Of a stretch of DNA of 64,000 bases, positions 9,655 to 19,789 are shown one piece after another (position 1 is the stretch's first letter; each line of letters opens with the position of its first letter). The DNA is taken from positions 6,659-70,658 of the forward strand of contig CAYUOS010000001.1 in assembly GCA_964446435.1 (NCBI GenBank). Direction: 5' to 3'. The position numbers were made by a program, and so were the translations under genes. A model generated the notes under the pieces. The model made no database searches, was not told the DNA's origin, and was given only the letters and a program-made list of their open reading frames with translations. This DNA comes from an uncultured Rikenellaceae bacterium. Its GTDB lineage: Bacteria; Bacteroidota; Bacteroidia; Bacteroidales; VadinHA17.

Positions 9655-11424
9655 ATGTACAGGACACATACTTGCGGAGAATTGCGTCTTGCCGACAAAG
9701 GCAGAGAGGTGACGCTATGCGGCTGGCTACAGCGATCGAGGGATTTCGGAGGAATGACTTTCACCGACCTGCGCGACAGGTACGGCATAACACAACTGGT
9801 CTTCAATATGGATGAGGATGCCGGATTGTGCAGGAAGGCCCGAGAGCTTGGCAGGGAGTATGTGATACAGGTTACCGGATTGGTAGCCGAGAGAAGCAAT
9901 AAGAACAATCGCATTCCTACCGGCGAGATAGAGATTATTGTGAAGAGTGTAACGGTATTGAATAAAAGCGAGATTCCACCCTTCACCATCGAGGATGAGA
10001 CAGATGGTGGCGATGAGTTGCGGATGAGGTATCGCTATCTTGACCTCAGGCGAAAGCCTGTGCGTGACAACCTGATGCTGAGGCACAGAATGGCAAGGGA
10101 AGTGAGGAGTTACATGGACGGCCAGGGCTTCATTGAGGTGGAGACACCGGTACTTTATAAATCCACTCCCGAGGGGGCACGCGATTATGTGGTTCCATCA
10201 AGGGTGCATCCGGGTGAGTTCTACGCCCTGCCACAGTCACCTCAAACACTGAAGCAACTTCTGATGGTGGCGGGTTTTGACAGGTATTACCAGATTGTAA
10301 AGTGTTTCAGGGATGAGGACCTTCGGGCAGACCGCCAGCCCGAGTTCACACAGATTGACTGCGAAATGTCATTCGTTGATCAGGATGATGTACTGAACAC
10401 ATTTGAGGGCCTGGCAAGGCATCTCTTCAGGCAGTTGAAGAGTATTGAATTCAATGATCCTTTCATTCGACTTCCATATTCTGAGGCTATTTCGTTCTAT
10501 GGATCTGACAAGCCGGATCTGAGATTCGGGCTGAAGATCAAAGAGATAACAGATATTGCCAGGGGGCGGGAGTTCCAGGTATTCGATTCGGCTGAATACA
10601 TTGGGGCAATTGCCTGCAGCGGGGCATCGCACTTTACAAGGAAGCAGACAGATGAGCTTACCGATTTCGTGAAGAGACCGCAGATAGGGGCGAAGGGACT
10701 TGTCTGGATAAAGCTGGATGCTGACGGATCGTTCAAGTCGTCAATTGACAAGTTCTTCGGTCAGGCTGACCTGTCTGGCATTGCTGCTGCAACAGGAGCA
10801 GAGCCCGGTGACCTTATTCTCATTCTTGCCGGTGAGCGGCAATCAACGCTGAAGGCTCTTGGTGAACTTAGACTTGAGATGGGATCGAGGCTCGGACTAC
10901 GGACGGGAGATGTATTCGTTCCACTGTGGGTTGTTGATTTTCCGCTTCTTGAGTGGGACGCCGAGCAGGGAAGGTACTTTGCCATGCACCATCCTTTTAC
11001 CTCACCGAAGGCCGAGGATGTTGAACTGCTGGAAACATCACCCGGTGATGTCAGGGCTATGGCCCACGACCTTGTGATTAACGGGGTTGAGATAGGCGGA
11101 GGGTCAATAAGGATACATGACAGTGATCTTCAAAGAAAAATGTTCAGGGTGCTGGGGTTTACTGATGAGGAGGCGCAGAAGCAATTCGGGTTCCTGCTGA
11201 ATGCATTTCGATACGGGGCACCCCCGCACGGAGGAATTGCATTCGGCTTTGACCGGTGGACAGCTCTTATGGGCGGATCGGATTCAATAAGGGATTTTAT
11301 TGCGTTTCCGAAGAATAACTCTGCCAGGGATATAATGATAGACTCGCCTTCACCTGTTTCAGGGAAACAACTGGATGAGCTGTCGCTGAAGGTCGAATCA
11401 GGGAAACAGGGAACAGGAAAGTAA
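9655..11424 (+). CDS. aspS: Aspartate--tRNA ligase (bacterial type)
   Basis: Class II aaRS motifs are present: [18 protein letters not shown] (motif 2), GGGSIRIH and [13 protein letters not shown] (motif 3). The N-terminus is [11 protein letters not shown]. The track ORF begins at a TTG at 9652, and the ATG at 9655 is preferred. Confidence 0.95.
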   Translation: MYRTHTCGELRLADKGREVTLCGWLQRSRDFGGMTFTDLRDRYGITQLVFNMDEDAGLCRKARELGREYVIQVTGLVAERSNKNNRIPTGEIEIIVKSVTVLNKSEIPPFTIEDETDGGDELRMRYRYLDLRRKPVRDNLMLRHRMAREVRSYMDGQGFIEVETPVLYKSTPEGARDYVVPSRVHPGEFYALPQSPQTLKQLLMVAGFDRYYQIVKCFRDEDLRADRQPEFTQIDCEMSFVDQDDVLNTFEGLARHLFRQLKSIEFNDPFIRLPYSEAISFYGSDKPDLRFGLKIKEITDIARGREFQVFDSAEYIGAIACSGASHFTRKQTDELTDFVKRPQIGAKGLVWIKLDADGSFKSSIDKFFGQADLSGIAAATGAEPGDLILILAGERQSTLKALGELRLEMGSRLGLRTGDVFVPLWVVDFPLLEWDAEQGRYFAMHHPFTSPKAEDVELLETSPGDVRAMAHDLVINGVEIGGGSIRIHDSDLQRKMFRVLGFTDEEAQKQFGFLLNAFRYGAPPHGGIAFGFDRWTALMGGSDSIRDFIAFPKNNSARDIMIDSPSPVSGKQLDELSLKVESGKQGTGK

Positions 11425-11433
11425 GCACGGTAT

Positions 11434-12129
11434 TTACCTGGTGCGGCGCCTGATTAGTATTACACCGTTGGCACCCCTGGAGCCATATATTGAAGCATCG
11501 GCTCCCTTCAGAACCTGTATTGACTGCACCTCCTGTGGAGAGATGTCGGAGATCCTGTCGACAACTACCCCGTCGAGAACAAAAAGAGGCTCGGTACTTG
11601 ACATTATACTTCCTATACCCCTGATTGTTATTGAGGTACCATTAACCTGCACACCGGGGAGTTCACCCTTGATCATATCGTAGATGTTGGTGTATGAGCT
11701 GAACTTCGGATTGTAGCCGTCAATCTTGCCGGTTGATGAGGAGGTTAGATGCCTTCTTGGGATGAAACCGTAGCCTATGTCAACCATCTCGTCTCCGGGC
11801 CCGGCCTCAATAAGCCTGATTATCTTTGCCTTGTTCAGTACAAGCCTGAACTCTGCAGCATCACCAATGCTATCTTCTGCAATTCCCTCATCGGCTTTAA
11901 CAGCGGTAATCTTTTCAGCTTCCTGCCTGATTCTGACCTTGAAATCGCCAGACCTGTTGGTACGTGAAGAGGTCTCAGCCTCGTCAATGAAAATGACAGC
12001 ACCCGAAACAGGCTTGCCCTCCTCGGTCAGAACCGTTCCGGTGATAATCCTCCTCTGCTGCTTCTGTCCGCTGGCAATTATCAGCGGCAAGGTGAGAGCG
12101 ACCAGTAATACCAATAGCTTTTTGTACAT
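11434..12129 (-). CDS. Stand-alone CarboxypepD_reg + TonB-receptor plug-domain protein (no beta-barrel)
   Basis: 231-aa ORF with a signal peptide and a CarboxypepD_reg-like segment (ITGTVLTEEGKPVSGAVIFIDE). The plug-like C-terminus is VQSIQVLKGADASIYGSRGANGVILIRRRTR*. The ORF ends there and aspS abuts it. Confidence 0.75.
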   Translation of the reverse strand: MYKKLLVLLVALTLPLIIASGQKQQRRIITGTVLTEEGKPVSGAVIFIDEAETSSRTNRSGDFKVRIRQEAEKITAVKADEGIAEDSIGDAAEFRLVLNKAKIIRLIEAGPGDEMVDIGYGFIPRRHLTSSSTGKIDGYNPKFSSYTNIYDMIKGELPGVQVNGTSITIRGIGSIMSSTEPLFVLDGVVVDRISDISPQEVQSIQVLKGADASIYGSRGANGVILIRRRTR

Positions 12130-12196
12130 ATTGAACCTTTGTTAGTCATTTACATACTAATATGACACCCGGTAGCCAAAAAACCCTGTAAGATAA

Positions 12197-13525
12197 TCAT
12201 ATGTTTTTAACAGGGTGTCCGATAAGTGTCGCCGAGGTGCTCCTTTCTATCCTGACATTTACCAGATCTCCTGGCCTGTGATCTTCTGCCGGAAAAACAA
12301 CGACCTTGTTTTGTGATGTTCTGCCATAGAGATGATCTTCAGATTTTTTCGACCGGCCTTCAACAAGGACCTCAAATACCATACCAACATCCTGCTTCTT
12401 CACCGAGGCTGAGATCCTGTTCTGCAATGCAATTACCTCATTAAGCCTTCTCTTCTTTATCTCATCAGGCACATCATCTTTCAGCTTCCTTGCGGCCCCG
12501 GTACCGGGCCTTTCGCTATAGGCAAACATATAAGCAAAGTCGAAACCAGCCCATTCCATAAGGCTTAATGTTTCACGGTGGTCTTCTTCCGTCTCGGAGC
12601 AGAAGCCTGAGATTATGTCAGTTGAGATTGCACAGCCGGGGAGTATCTCCCTGATTGCCCTTATCCTTCCCATGTACCACTCCCTGTCATATTTCCGGTT
12701 CATCAGCTTCAGAATACGCGAGCTGCCGCTCTGCAGAGGCAGGTGAATATGCCGGCATATATTGGGATGTTCTGCCATTGTCTCAAGTACCTTGTCAGAC
12801 ATATCCTTCGGGTGATTCGTTGAGAATCTCACCCGTAGTTTCGGATTTATCCCGGCGGTGAGAGAAAGAAGGGTACTGAAGTCAACCCTCTCTTCACCAT
12901 TGCTCCACAGATATGAATCGACATTCTGACCCAGCAGGGTTACCTCGCGATACCCCTGACTGAAAAGGTCGGCGGTTTCCCTTATTATGGAATGAGGGTC
13001 GCGGCTTCTCTCTGCACCCCTGACATAAGGCACCACACAATAGGAACACATATTGTTGCACCCCCTCATGATAGAGACAAAGGCACTGACACCGTTCTCA
13101 TCAAGCCTTACCGGAGCTATGTCTGCATATGTCTCCTCACGTGACAGGAGTACATTCACGGCCTTGTGACCCCCGATGGCCCCGGTTACCAGCGACGGTA
13201 ACTCACGATATGCATCGGGGCCAACCACTATATCGACCATCTTGTCGGTCTCAAGCAGTTTCTCCTTAAGCCTCTCTGCCATGCAACCGATTACTCCAAC
13301 CATGGTACCGGGCCTCTTTCGTTTCTCCTTCCTGAAGATATCGAGCCTGCCCCATATCCTCTGCTCGGCATTCTCCCTTATTGAACAGGTGTTGACCAGA
13401 ATCAGGTCAGCCTGGCTTATGTCACGGCAATGCTCCATGCCATGCTCAGTCAGCAATGAGACAACAATCTCGCTGTCAGCGACATTCATCTGGCACCCAT
13501 AGGTTTCAATGTAAAACTTCTTCAT
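12197..13525 (-). CDS. miaB: tRNA-2-methylthio-N6-dimethylallyladenosine synthase
   Basis: N-terminus MKKFYIETYGCQMN, radical-SAM motif CNNMCSYCVVP, and a C-terminal TRAM-like region. Confidence 0.92.
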   Translation of the reverse strand: MKKFYIETYGCQMNVADSEIVVSLLTEHGMEHCRDISQADLILVNTCSIRENAEQRIWGRLDIFRKEKRKRPGTMVGVIGCMAERLKEKLLETDKMVDIVVGPDAYRELPSLVTGAIGGHKAVNVLLSREETYADIAPVRLDENGVSAFVSIMRGCNNMCSYCVVPYVRGAERSRDPHSIIRETADLFSQGYREVTLLGQNVDSYLWSNGEERVDFSTLLSLTAGINPKLRVRFSTNHPKDMSDKVLETMAEHPNICRHIHLPLQSGSSRILKLMNRKYDREWYMGRIRAIREILPGCAISTDIISGFCSETEEDHRETLSLMEWAGFDFAYMFAYSERPGTGAARKLKDDVPDEIKKRRLNEVIALQNRISASVKKQDVGMVFEVLVEGRSKKSEDHLYGRTSQNKVVVFPAEDHRPGDLVNVRIERSTSATLIGHPVKNI

Positions 13526-13558
13526 TCGTGATACTGATGGGAGTGATTATGAAGGGAT

Positions 13559-13566
13559 CAAAGGTA
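13559..13566 (-). promoter_or_regulatory. -7 box (TAnnTTTG) for miaB
   Basis: The minus strand reads TACCTTTG, 33 nt upstream of the miaB ATG (13525). Confidence 0.5.
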
Positions 13567-13623
13567 GTAAAAAAAGAGGCTCGGTTGCTCCCATTCGGTC
13601 GCGAGCTCGCCTTCGGCTCGGTT

Positions 13624-13651
13624 CCGTTTGCCGTTAGCCGTTAACCGTTTA
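13624..13651. repeat. 4 x 7-bp tandem repeat (CCGTTNN)
   Basis: CCGTTTG CCGTTAG CCGTTAA CCGTTTA. On the minus strand it lies 6 nt downstream of the response-regulator stop codon. Confidence 0.9.
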
Positions 13652-13656
13652 CACTT

Positions 13657-14391
13657 TTACGTCAGAAGCCCCTTTTCCGACAGTTTATCGTAGAATGTAT
13701 TCTTGTAGCTGTCGCTTACAGGTATGAGTTTGTCTCCAATCTTGATGCGGTTACGGCTTACGTTTTCAATCTTATCAAGGGCAACAAGGTACGATTTGTG
13801 TACCCTGATAAAATTGCCTGCCGGCAAGACAGCCTCAAGCTTCCTGAAGTTCTGGAGTGTCATCACCTTCATGGTCTTTGCGATAATCCTGAGGTAGTCG
13901 CCCTGACCCTCGACATAGAGAATATCGTCGACAGCTATCTTCTGAAGCCTGTTTTCGGTCTTCACAAATATATACCTGCCTGATGCATGCAAATCTGGTG
14001 GTATGCCGGCCTCTTTTTGCTTCCCCTCCCTTGCAACAATCTGATTATATACCCTGTCGACCGACTTTACAAATCTCTCAAAGCTAACGGGTTTGAGCAG
14101 GTAGTCGGCGGCATCGAGTTCGAAGCCCTCGATGGCATAAGAGTCGTATGCCGTAATGAAGATAACCTCAGGCCTCTCCTTCAGGGCATGAATTAGCTGA
14201 ATGCCTGTCAGCGACTCCATCTCAATATCAAGGAACATAAGGTCAACCTTGTTTTTCCTGAGGAAGTCGATACATTCGATGGCGTTGTCAAATGTCCTTA
14301 ACAGTTTCAGAAAAGGGACCCTTTTGATATAGTCACGAATAATCTCGAGCGCCAGTGGCTCATCATCGATGGCAATGCAGTTTAGTTCCAT
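13657..14391 (-). CDS. LytTR-family two-component response regulator
   Basis: 244 aa. It has a receiver domain (IAIDDEPLALE...VDLMFLDIEM) and a C-terminal LytTR DNA-binding domain (...FIRVHKSYLVALDKI). Confidence 0.9.
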   Translation of the reverse strand: MELNCIAIDDEPLALEIIRDYIKRVPFLKLLRTFDNAIECIDFLRKNKVDLMFLDIEMESLTGIQLIHALKERPEVIFITAYDSYAIEGFELDAADYLLKPVSFERFVKSVDRVYNQIVAREGKQKEAGIPPDLHASGRYIFVKTENRLQKIAVDDILYVEGQGDYLRIIAKTMKVMTLQNFRKLEAVLPAGNFIRVHKSYLVALDKIENVSRNRIKIGDKLIPVSDSYKNTFYDKLSEKGLLT

Positions 14392-14394
14392 GGC

Positions 14395-15438
14395 TCAACT
14401 GTTTCTGTTATAATCACTGTACAATTCTATTGAAACCGTGTATTTCCCCCTGTTACGTGTGACCCTGAGATCATGCGAGCCGGGATAGAGGAGTTCCAGC
14501 CTTCGCCTGGTGTTCTGTATGCCTATGCCTGAACCCTCCTTGTCCTTTTTCAGCTGGTCGTCGATAGTGTAGTTTGTAACCAGGAACCGAAGCCTCTTGC
14601 CATCGGCCCTGATGTCAATCGTAATTCCGGGGTTGCTTACCCTCTTCTTCCCGTGCTTGAAGGCATTCTCTACTATTGAGATCAGCAGCATCGGAGGGAC
14701 CTGATGTGCAGAGAGGTCTCCCTCTGTTGTCAATGAAACAAAATCGGGGTCCTTAAGTCTCAGTTTCTCCAGCTCAAGGTAATATCCGAGATGCTCAATC
14801 TCCTTCCCGAGGGGCACCCTTTCAGACTTAGAGCCATAAAGCATGTATCTCATTATATCAGAGAGTTTCATAAGTGCCGCAGGTGCCTCATCAGACTTCA
14901 TGTAAACAAGTGAGTAAATATTATTGAGGGTATTGAAGAAAAAGTGAGGATTAAGCTGCGTTTTCAGAAAGTCCAGCTCCATGCGGTGTTCCTGGATAAG
15001 CAGGTCGGCAGCATGCTTTCTTTCGTTGTACCACCTGATTGAAAGCTTGATGAAAACGGCAAAGAGGGTATATATGATAATATTGATAAGATCGGTGATA
15101 TAATGGGTTATGCTGTAGATGTTGTATTTGTCAAGGCCGAGTCCGAACCGGTAATCAGTAATTACGGTCTTGCCTATTTTGATAAACCACAGGAATATAA
15201 CAGCCGCAAGAAATATTACAATGTTCCTGAATAATGAATTGGAGGAACCAAAAGTGATAGGAACGATAAGGAGGTATATGAAATAGAAGACAATGGCGTA
15301 GTAGACATGGGTCACCAGCTGGTAGATCATCATTCCCTGGGTTATCTGTGACTTATAGGTAAGAAGCAGTACCGAGGGGATCATCACGCTCAGGGCCCAG
15401 AAAGCCATATGTACAAGTATGACGGAGCTTCGTTTCAT
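14395..15438 (-). CDS. Sensor histidine kinase (LytS/YehU His_kinase family)
   Basis: A multi-TM N-terminus is followed by the signature LKTQLNPHFFFNTLNNIYSL and an HATPase region. The track ORF extends to 15585. The ATG at 15438 (MKRSSVILVHMAFW...) is preferred because the upstream 49 aa are hydrophilic and non-conserved-looking. Confidence 0.85.
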   Translation of the reverse strand: MKRSSVILVHMAFWALSVMIPSVLLLTYKSQITQGMMIYQLVTHVYYAIVFYFIYLLIVPITFGSSNSLFRNIVIFLAAVIFLWFIKIGKTVITDYRFGLGLDKYNIYSITHYITDLINIIIYTLFAVFIKLSIRWYNERKHAADLLIQEHRMELDFLKTQLNPHFFFNTLNNIYSLVYMKSDEAPAALMKLSDIMRYMLYGSKSERVPLGKEIEHLGYYLELEKLRLKDPDFVSLTTEGDLSAHQVPPMLLISIVENAFKHGKKRVSNPGITIDIRADGKRLRFLVTNYTIDDQLKKDKEGSGIGIQNTRRRLELLYPGSHDLRVTRNRGKYTVSIELYSDYNRNS

Positions 15439-15659
15439 TAATGACCTGTTCAGTCGCAAAGGAACACTAAATAAAGCCAAATGCATAGCTGCCACAAATT
15501 TTTTTCTGTGAAACGCCGATTCTGACCGGTAAGTTTGATCACCCTGTCTCTTGGGCGATTTTGGCTGTCCTATTGAGTCATTCACAGAATAGTTTTTATT
15601 ACCCGGAATAACTTTAAGACTTTAGCCACGGATTACGACAACACCAAAAAACTTATTTC

Positions 15660-18083
15660 ATGAAAACCCGTATTACATTTACACTAATGATGCTTATAGC
15701 AGCATCATCGCTATTGATATCACAAACAACTTTCAGGGGGGTAGTAAAGGGAAGGGTTCTTAACTCTTCGACAGGCGAGCCTTTCGGCAATGTTACTGTT
15801 GCCCTGTGGTCTCTTCCCGATTCAACACTGAGGGGAGGTACTGCCACAGACAGTTCGGGTGAGTTCATACTGCAGGCCGCCAGTGAAGGCAGTTATTATA
15901 TTGTGCTGAGTTTTGTGGGATATCAGTCGCAGGTATTTCCATTCATTCTGGCTGCTGATGTTCCCGAGACCGATCTGGGCGATTTTACCATGCGCGAAGT
16001 GACAGGTGATGCAGGCGATGTTACTGTTACGGCAGTTCGTCCACAGGTGATCTACCAGCAGGACAAGAAGGTCGTCAGGGTTGACGAGTTTCGCAAAGCC
16101 GGGGCAACAACACTTGCGCAGATTCTTGAGAATGTCCCATCGGTTACGACTGATTTAGAGGGGAATGTCCTTCTTCGAGGAAGCTCAAAATACACCCTGC
16201 TCATTGATGGCAATCCGGCTCCCCAGACAGGAGGTAACCTGTTGCGTCAGATACCGGCTGAAATGGTTGAGTCGATTGAGGTTATGACAAACCCGTCAGC
16301 AAGGTATGACCCTGACGGAACTGCTGGGATAATCAACCTGATACTGAAGAAGCAGCAGCAGGCAGGATTCAACGGAATGGTAACGCTGATGGCGGGTCTT
16401 GGCGGTAAGTATACCGGAGATGCCCGTTTCAATTACAGAAAGGGAAAAGTAAATCTCTTCGCAGGAGTTACCGGCATGCGCTATGGCACTGAAGTATCTG
16501 TTGATCTTTCGCGTGAGGCAACCCTGCCGGGCGGAAGTTTCATGATGGATTCGTGGCTCGATCAGGATATAGTTATGAAAACAGGCAGTTTCAACGGCGG
16601 AGCCGATATTAACTTCGACGAAAGGAACTCACTCACAGTATCAGGAACATTCGGTCCGATAAACCAGGGAGTGATGATATCGACCAGGGTATTGCGCAGT
16701 TACGGGTCAGCATCGACAACTTCATACGCCCTTAATAATAATGACCTTGCACTTACCGGCTACATGTTTAATCCTTCGGTTAATTACACACATAAATTCA
16801 AGAGGAAGGGTGAGCAGATAAGGTTTAATCTTTTTGGTGGCGGGGCAATGGTTGAGATAGCTCAGTCACTTTCAGAATATGAGACCGACAACCGATGGGT
16901 GCCCGTCGCCGGCCTTCCCTTGCTGAGGGAGTCAGTACTGGCACTTGACCTTATGGATATCAGGCTTAAGGCTGACTATGAACGTCCCGTAGGCGAGAGG
17001 TCAAAACTGGAAGCAGGCCTGCAGTACAATATAATGAATGACACAGATAATAACAATTTCAGGAACTACGATCATGGGTCTGATACCTGGGTTCCTGATA
17101 ACCAGTATTCAAATGAATTTTCTTTCAACCGCGATATCTGGTCAGCATATTCGACATGGTCGTCGGCCCTGGGTAAATTCAACTATCAGATTGGGCTCAG
17201 GGGTGAGTACGAATATCGGATTATTGATCAGATCACTCTGAATGAGAAGTATAACTACGATAAGTTCAGTCTTTTTCCTACGGCACATATAACCAGACCG
17301 CTCAAGAACAATCAGCAGCTGCAGCTGAGTTATTCACGTCGCATCAACCGTCCTAACTGGAATGTGCTGAATCCCTTCCCTCAGTTTATCGATGAACAGA
17401 CGATTGCAAGGGGCAACCCACAGGTAAGGCCTGAGTATACCGGCAGTTGGGAACTGAACTATCAGAAGCAGGTTAAGATCGGCTTCATGTCGGCAGAATC
17501 GTTCTACAGGCAGTCGAATGATCTGATCACCAGCGTTGTCGTGGTGGACGATGAGGGTACGGTATTCCTGACCTCAGGCAATGCCAACAGGTCTCACTCG
17601 GCGGGTCTTGAGTTTATGGCAAATCTTCAGCCTGTCAAATGGCTGCGCCTGATGGCATCTGGCTCTACTTACTATTATCTGCTCGATGAGGAGGTGCCTA
17701 CACCCGATATTGATAAAAGCACCTTTACCTGGAACCTGACCAGTAACTTCATCTTTCTCTTTACCTCTTCGACGAGGTTCTCACTTCAGGGAGTATACAC
17801 CGGGCCCTCAATCAATCCGCAGGGAAGTACGAGTGGAGCCTTTATGCTAAACGCAGGTCTGAGCCAGAGCCTTATGAAGCAGAAACTCTCGCTGAGTCTC
17901 GGTTTTCGCGACATTCTTGGGTCATACAGGATAAAGAGCATTTCGGAGGGAGCCGGCTTCAAGGTGAAGACGGTTGCTATTCCCGAGCAAAGGGTATTGA
18001 CGCTTACGGCAACATATAATTTCAACAACTATCAGAGGCGCACTGATCAGCAGGAGTCATTGGACATGAACTTCATCCGCTAG
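15660..18083 (+). CDS. TonB-dependent receptor / outer-membrane beta-barrel family protein with CarboxypepD_reg N-terminus
   Basis: 807 aa. It has a signal peptide, a CarboxypepD_reg segment (FRGVVKGRVLNSSTGEPFGNVTVAL), a plug (IESIEVMTNPSARYDPDGTAGIINLILKK) and the C-terminal strand ...SLDMNFIR*. Confidence 0.88.
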   Translation: MKTRITFTLMMLIAASSLLISQTTFRGVVKGRVLNSSTGEPFGNVTVALWSLPDSTLRGGTATDSSGEFILQAASEGSYYIVLSFVGYQSQVFPFILAADVPETDLGDFTMREVTGDAGDVTVTAVRPQVIYQQDKKVVRVDEFRKAGATTLAQILENVPSVTTDLEGNVLLRGSSKYTLLIDGNPAPQTGGNLLRQIPAEMVESIEVMTNPSARYDPDGTAGIINLILKKQQQAGFNGMVTLMAGLGGKYTGDARFNYRKGKVNLFAGVTGMRYGTEVSVDLSREATLPGGSFMMDSWLDQDIVMKTGSFNGGADINFDERNSLTVSGTFGPINQGVMISTRVLRSYGSASTTSYALNNNDLALTGYMFNPSVNYTHKFKRKGEQIRFNLFGGGAMVEIAQSLSEYETDNRWVPVAGLPLLRESVLALDLMDIRLKADYERPVGERSKLEAGLQYNIMNDTDNNNFRNYDHGSDTWVPDNQYSNEFSFNRDIWSAYSTWSSALGKFNYQIGLRGEYEYRIIDQITLNEKYNYDKFSLFPTAHITRPLKNNQQLQLSYSRRINRPNWNVLNPFPQFIDEQTIARGNPQVRPEYTGSWELNYQKQVKIGFMSAESFYRQSNDLITSVVVVDDEGTVFLTSGNANRSHSAGLEFMANLQPVKWLRLMASGSTYYYLLDEEVPTPDIDKSTFTWNLTSNFIFLFTSSTRFSLQGVYTGPSINPQGSTSGAFMLNAGLSQSLMKQKLSLSLGFRDILGSYRIKSISEGAGFKVKTVAIPEQRVLTLTATYNFNNYQRRTDQQESLDMNFIR

Positions 18084-18122
18084 TCTTAAGTTTTCCATCA
18101 AGGTTTGGCTGCGCCAACAGAT

Positions 18123-18154
18123 GGGGGTGTCTTCCCAGGACACCCCCTCTTTTT
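18123..18154 (+). terminator. Intrinsic terminator
   Basis: GGGGGTGTC (18123-18131) pairs perfectly with GACACCCCC (18139-18147), followed by TCTTTTT. Confidence 0.85.
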
Positions 18155-18196
18155 GTTCAGGACTCTTAAAATTCGTACTTTTACCACTTGTAAATA

Positions 18197-19303
18197 ATGG
18201 ATAAGATGAGGAAAACAGTACTGCTTTCATTTCTTATGCTGGTTGCCATCATTTCATGCAACAGGGAGACGGACGATTTTATCTGGGAGTACACAGGTGG
18301 TACAGGAACCGCCTATTTCCTCTCATTGACCCATGATTCAGGCTACATCAGCGCCGGATCATCAGGCGGGAACCCATTTATTCTGAAGACCGGCAGATCG
18401 GGCAAGAGCCTCTTCAGCTACACCTCAGCAGAGACGGGCAGCTTCAAGGTGGTATATAGCGATACCGCTTTCCATATCGCGGCAGGAGGATCGGAAGGTG
18501 ACCTGCTCATCACGATGCTTGACAACCAGGGTAGCCTTTTATGGGAAAAGAGGGTGCCGTCAACTATCTCGGTTACCGAGGTGTTTCTGTTTCCGGGAGA
18601 GGATGAAGGAGAGATGATAGCTCTCTGCGGTACCGGGCCCGATGAACCGTCTGGTGCAATTTCAGGCCTGATGAAGGTTGGTTTTGATACTACTGGGAAT
18701 ATAGGAACTGTAACCACACGAAATGAAGCAGCATTTTTCAGGGTTTCGGGTGCCGTTGTTCTTGCTGACGGCGGTTTCATGCTGGCAACAACTGAATCGG
18801 CAGGCACTGCGAAACCTGTTGCTGCGATGCGAAGGGTAAGCAGCACCCTTTCGAATTCAGGCAACAGGACTGAATTGTCAAATAACCCGGCCTACAGTGC
18901 AGCCTCGCTGGATATCTGCAGGGCTGCGTCGGGTGAGTTTATAGTAAGCGGACGAACAGAGCTGGCATCAGGTGATAATCTCTTCATGAACTCATTTGTT
19001 AGCATGGTAAGGTCATCGGCTGCATGGAAAAAGTATCCCGAGAACTCAAACGAGGGTGTTGCACTCTGGTATGACGGACACGGACTGGTATACATACTCA
19101 ACAGAAACTGTTTCATTGTAACGGTGCTAAGCACTGATGACGGATCAGATTACAGAAGGTTAAAGGTTTTCAATGCCTGTGACTCATACGATACAGAGGC
19201 TGTTGCCGAATCATTTGCGATTAACCATGATGGGAACCTGATAATGGCAGGCACAAAAGGAGGCAGATACTATCTTGCGCTGAAACCCGTTAGTTTGGAA
19301 TGA
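18197..19303 (+). CDS. Hypothetical lipoprotein
   Basis: 368-aa ORF with a lipobox (VAIISCNRE). The sequence is repetitive and Gly/Ser-rich in a beta-like pattern. I recognised no family. Confidence 0.6.
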   Translation: MDKMRKTVLLSFLMLVAIISCNRETDDFIWEYTGGTGTAYFLSLTHDSGYISAGSSGGNPFILKTGRSGKSLFSYTSAETGSFKVVYSDTAFHIAAGGSEGDLLITMLDNQGSLLWEKRVPSTISVTEVFLFPGEDEGEMIALCGTGPDEPSGAISGLMKVGFDTTGNIGTVTTRNEAAFFRVSGAVVLADGGFMLATTESAGTAKPVAAMRRVSSTLSNSGNRTELSNNPAYSAASLDICRAASGEFIVSGRTELASGDNLFMNSFVSMVRSSAAWKKYPENSNEGVALWYDGHGLVYILNRNCFIVTVLSTDDGSDYRRLKVFNACDSYDTEAVAESFAINHDGNLIMAGTKGGRYYLALKPVSLE

Positions 19304-19788
19304 AAAAAGAGTACTTTTACACCATGAAAAGATTCATCCCGATAGTTTTGATTTTGATATTCTGCTTTAACAGCCTGCATGCACAGAGGGTTGTAAAAAC
19401 AGCAGATCTTTTCAATACCGGCACCTTCGATCCATACAGGGGAGACCTGTTTATCTTCCAGGATGCTTCAATCGACACCCTTATCAGCAGGCATATAGAA
19501 GCAAACAGGCTTGCCGGGGGAATCGACGGCTTCAGGATACAGGTTTTCAGGAAGGCGGGTGCTGATGCCCGTGAAGAGGCCGCGAGAGTGATGGCTAAGG
19601 TAATAAATGACTATCCTGAGATGAGGGCATATCAGGAATTTGAGCGCCCCAATTTCTATATTGTCCGCCTCGGTGATTTCCGTACCAGGATTGATGCAGC
19701 GCGGGCCCTGTCACGGGTAAGGAGATCGTTCAGTGACTCCTATCTTGTGAGGCAAAAGATTAATACTCCTGAAATAACCAACCAGTAA
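19300..19788 (+). CDS. SPOR (peptidoglycan-binding) domain protein
   Basis: 162 aa with a signal/TM segment. The C-terminal GFRIQVFRKAGADAREEAARV...YIVRLGDFRTRIDAARAL matches the SPOR repeat pattern. It has a 4-nt ATGA overlap with the upstream gene. Confidence 0.75.
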   Translation: MKKEYFYTMKRFIPIVLILIFCFNSLHAQRVVKTADLFNTGTFDPYRGDLFIFQDASIDTLISRHIEANRLAGGIDGFRIQVFRKAGADAREEAARVMAKVINDYPEMRAYQEFERPNFYIVRLGDFRTRIDAARALSRVRRSFSDSYLVRQKINTPEITNQ

Positions 19789-19789
19789 A

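Noticed and set aside
13456-13644. 62-aa plus-strand ORF spanning the miaB 5' end and the repeat-rich spacer.
   Set aside because: It starts antisense inside miaB and reads through the tandem repeats. It is better explained as non-coding spacer.
14395-15585. The full 396-aa version of the histidine kinase.
   Set aside because: The first 49 aa are hydrophilic and lack TM character, and they would leave only a 74-bp divergent spacer. The Met at 15438 begins directly at the first TM segment. The longer form is kept as a possibility but not preferred.
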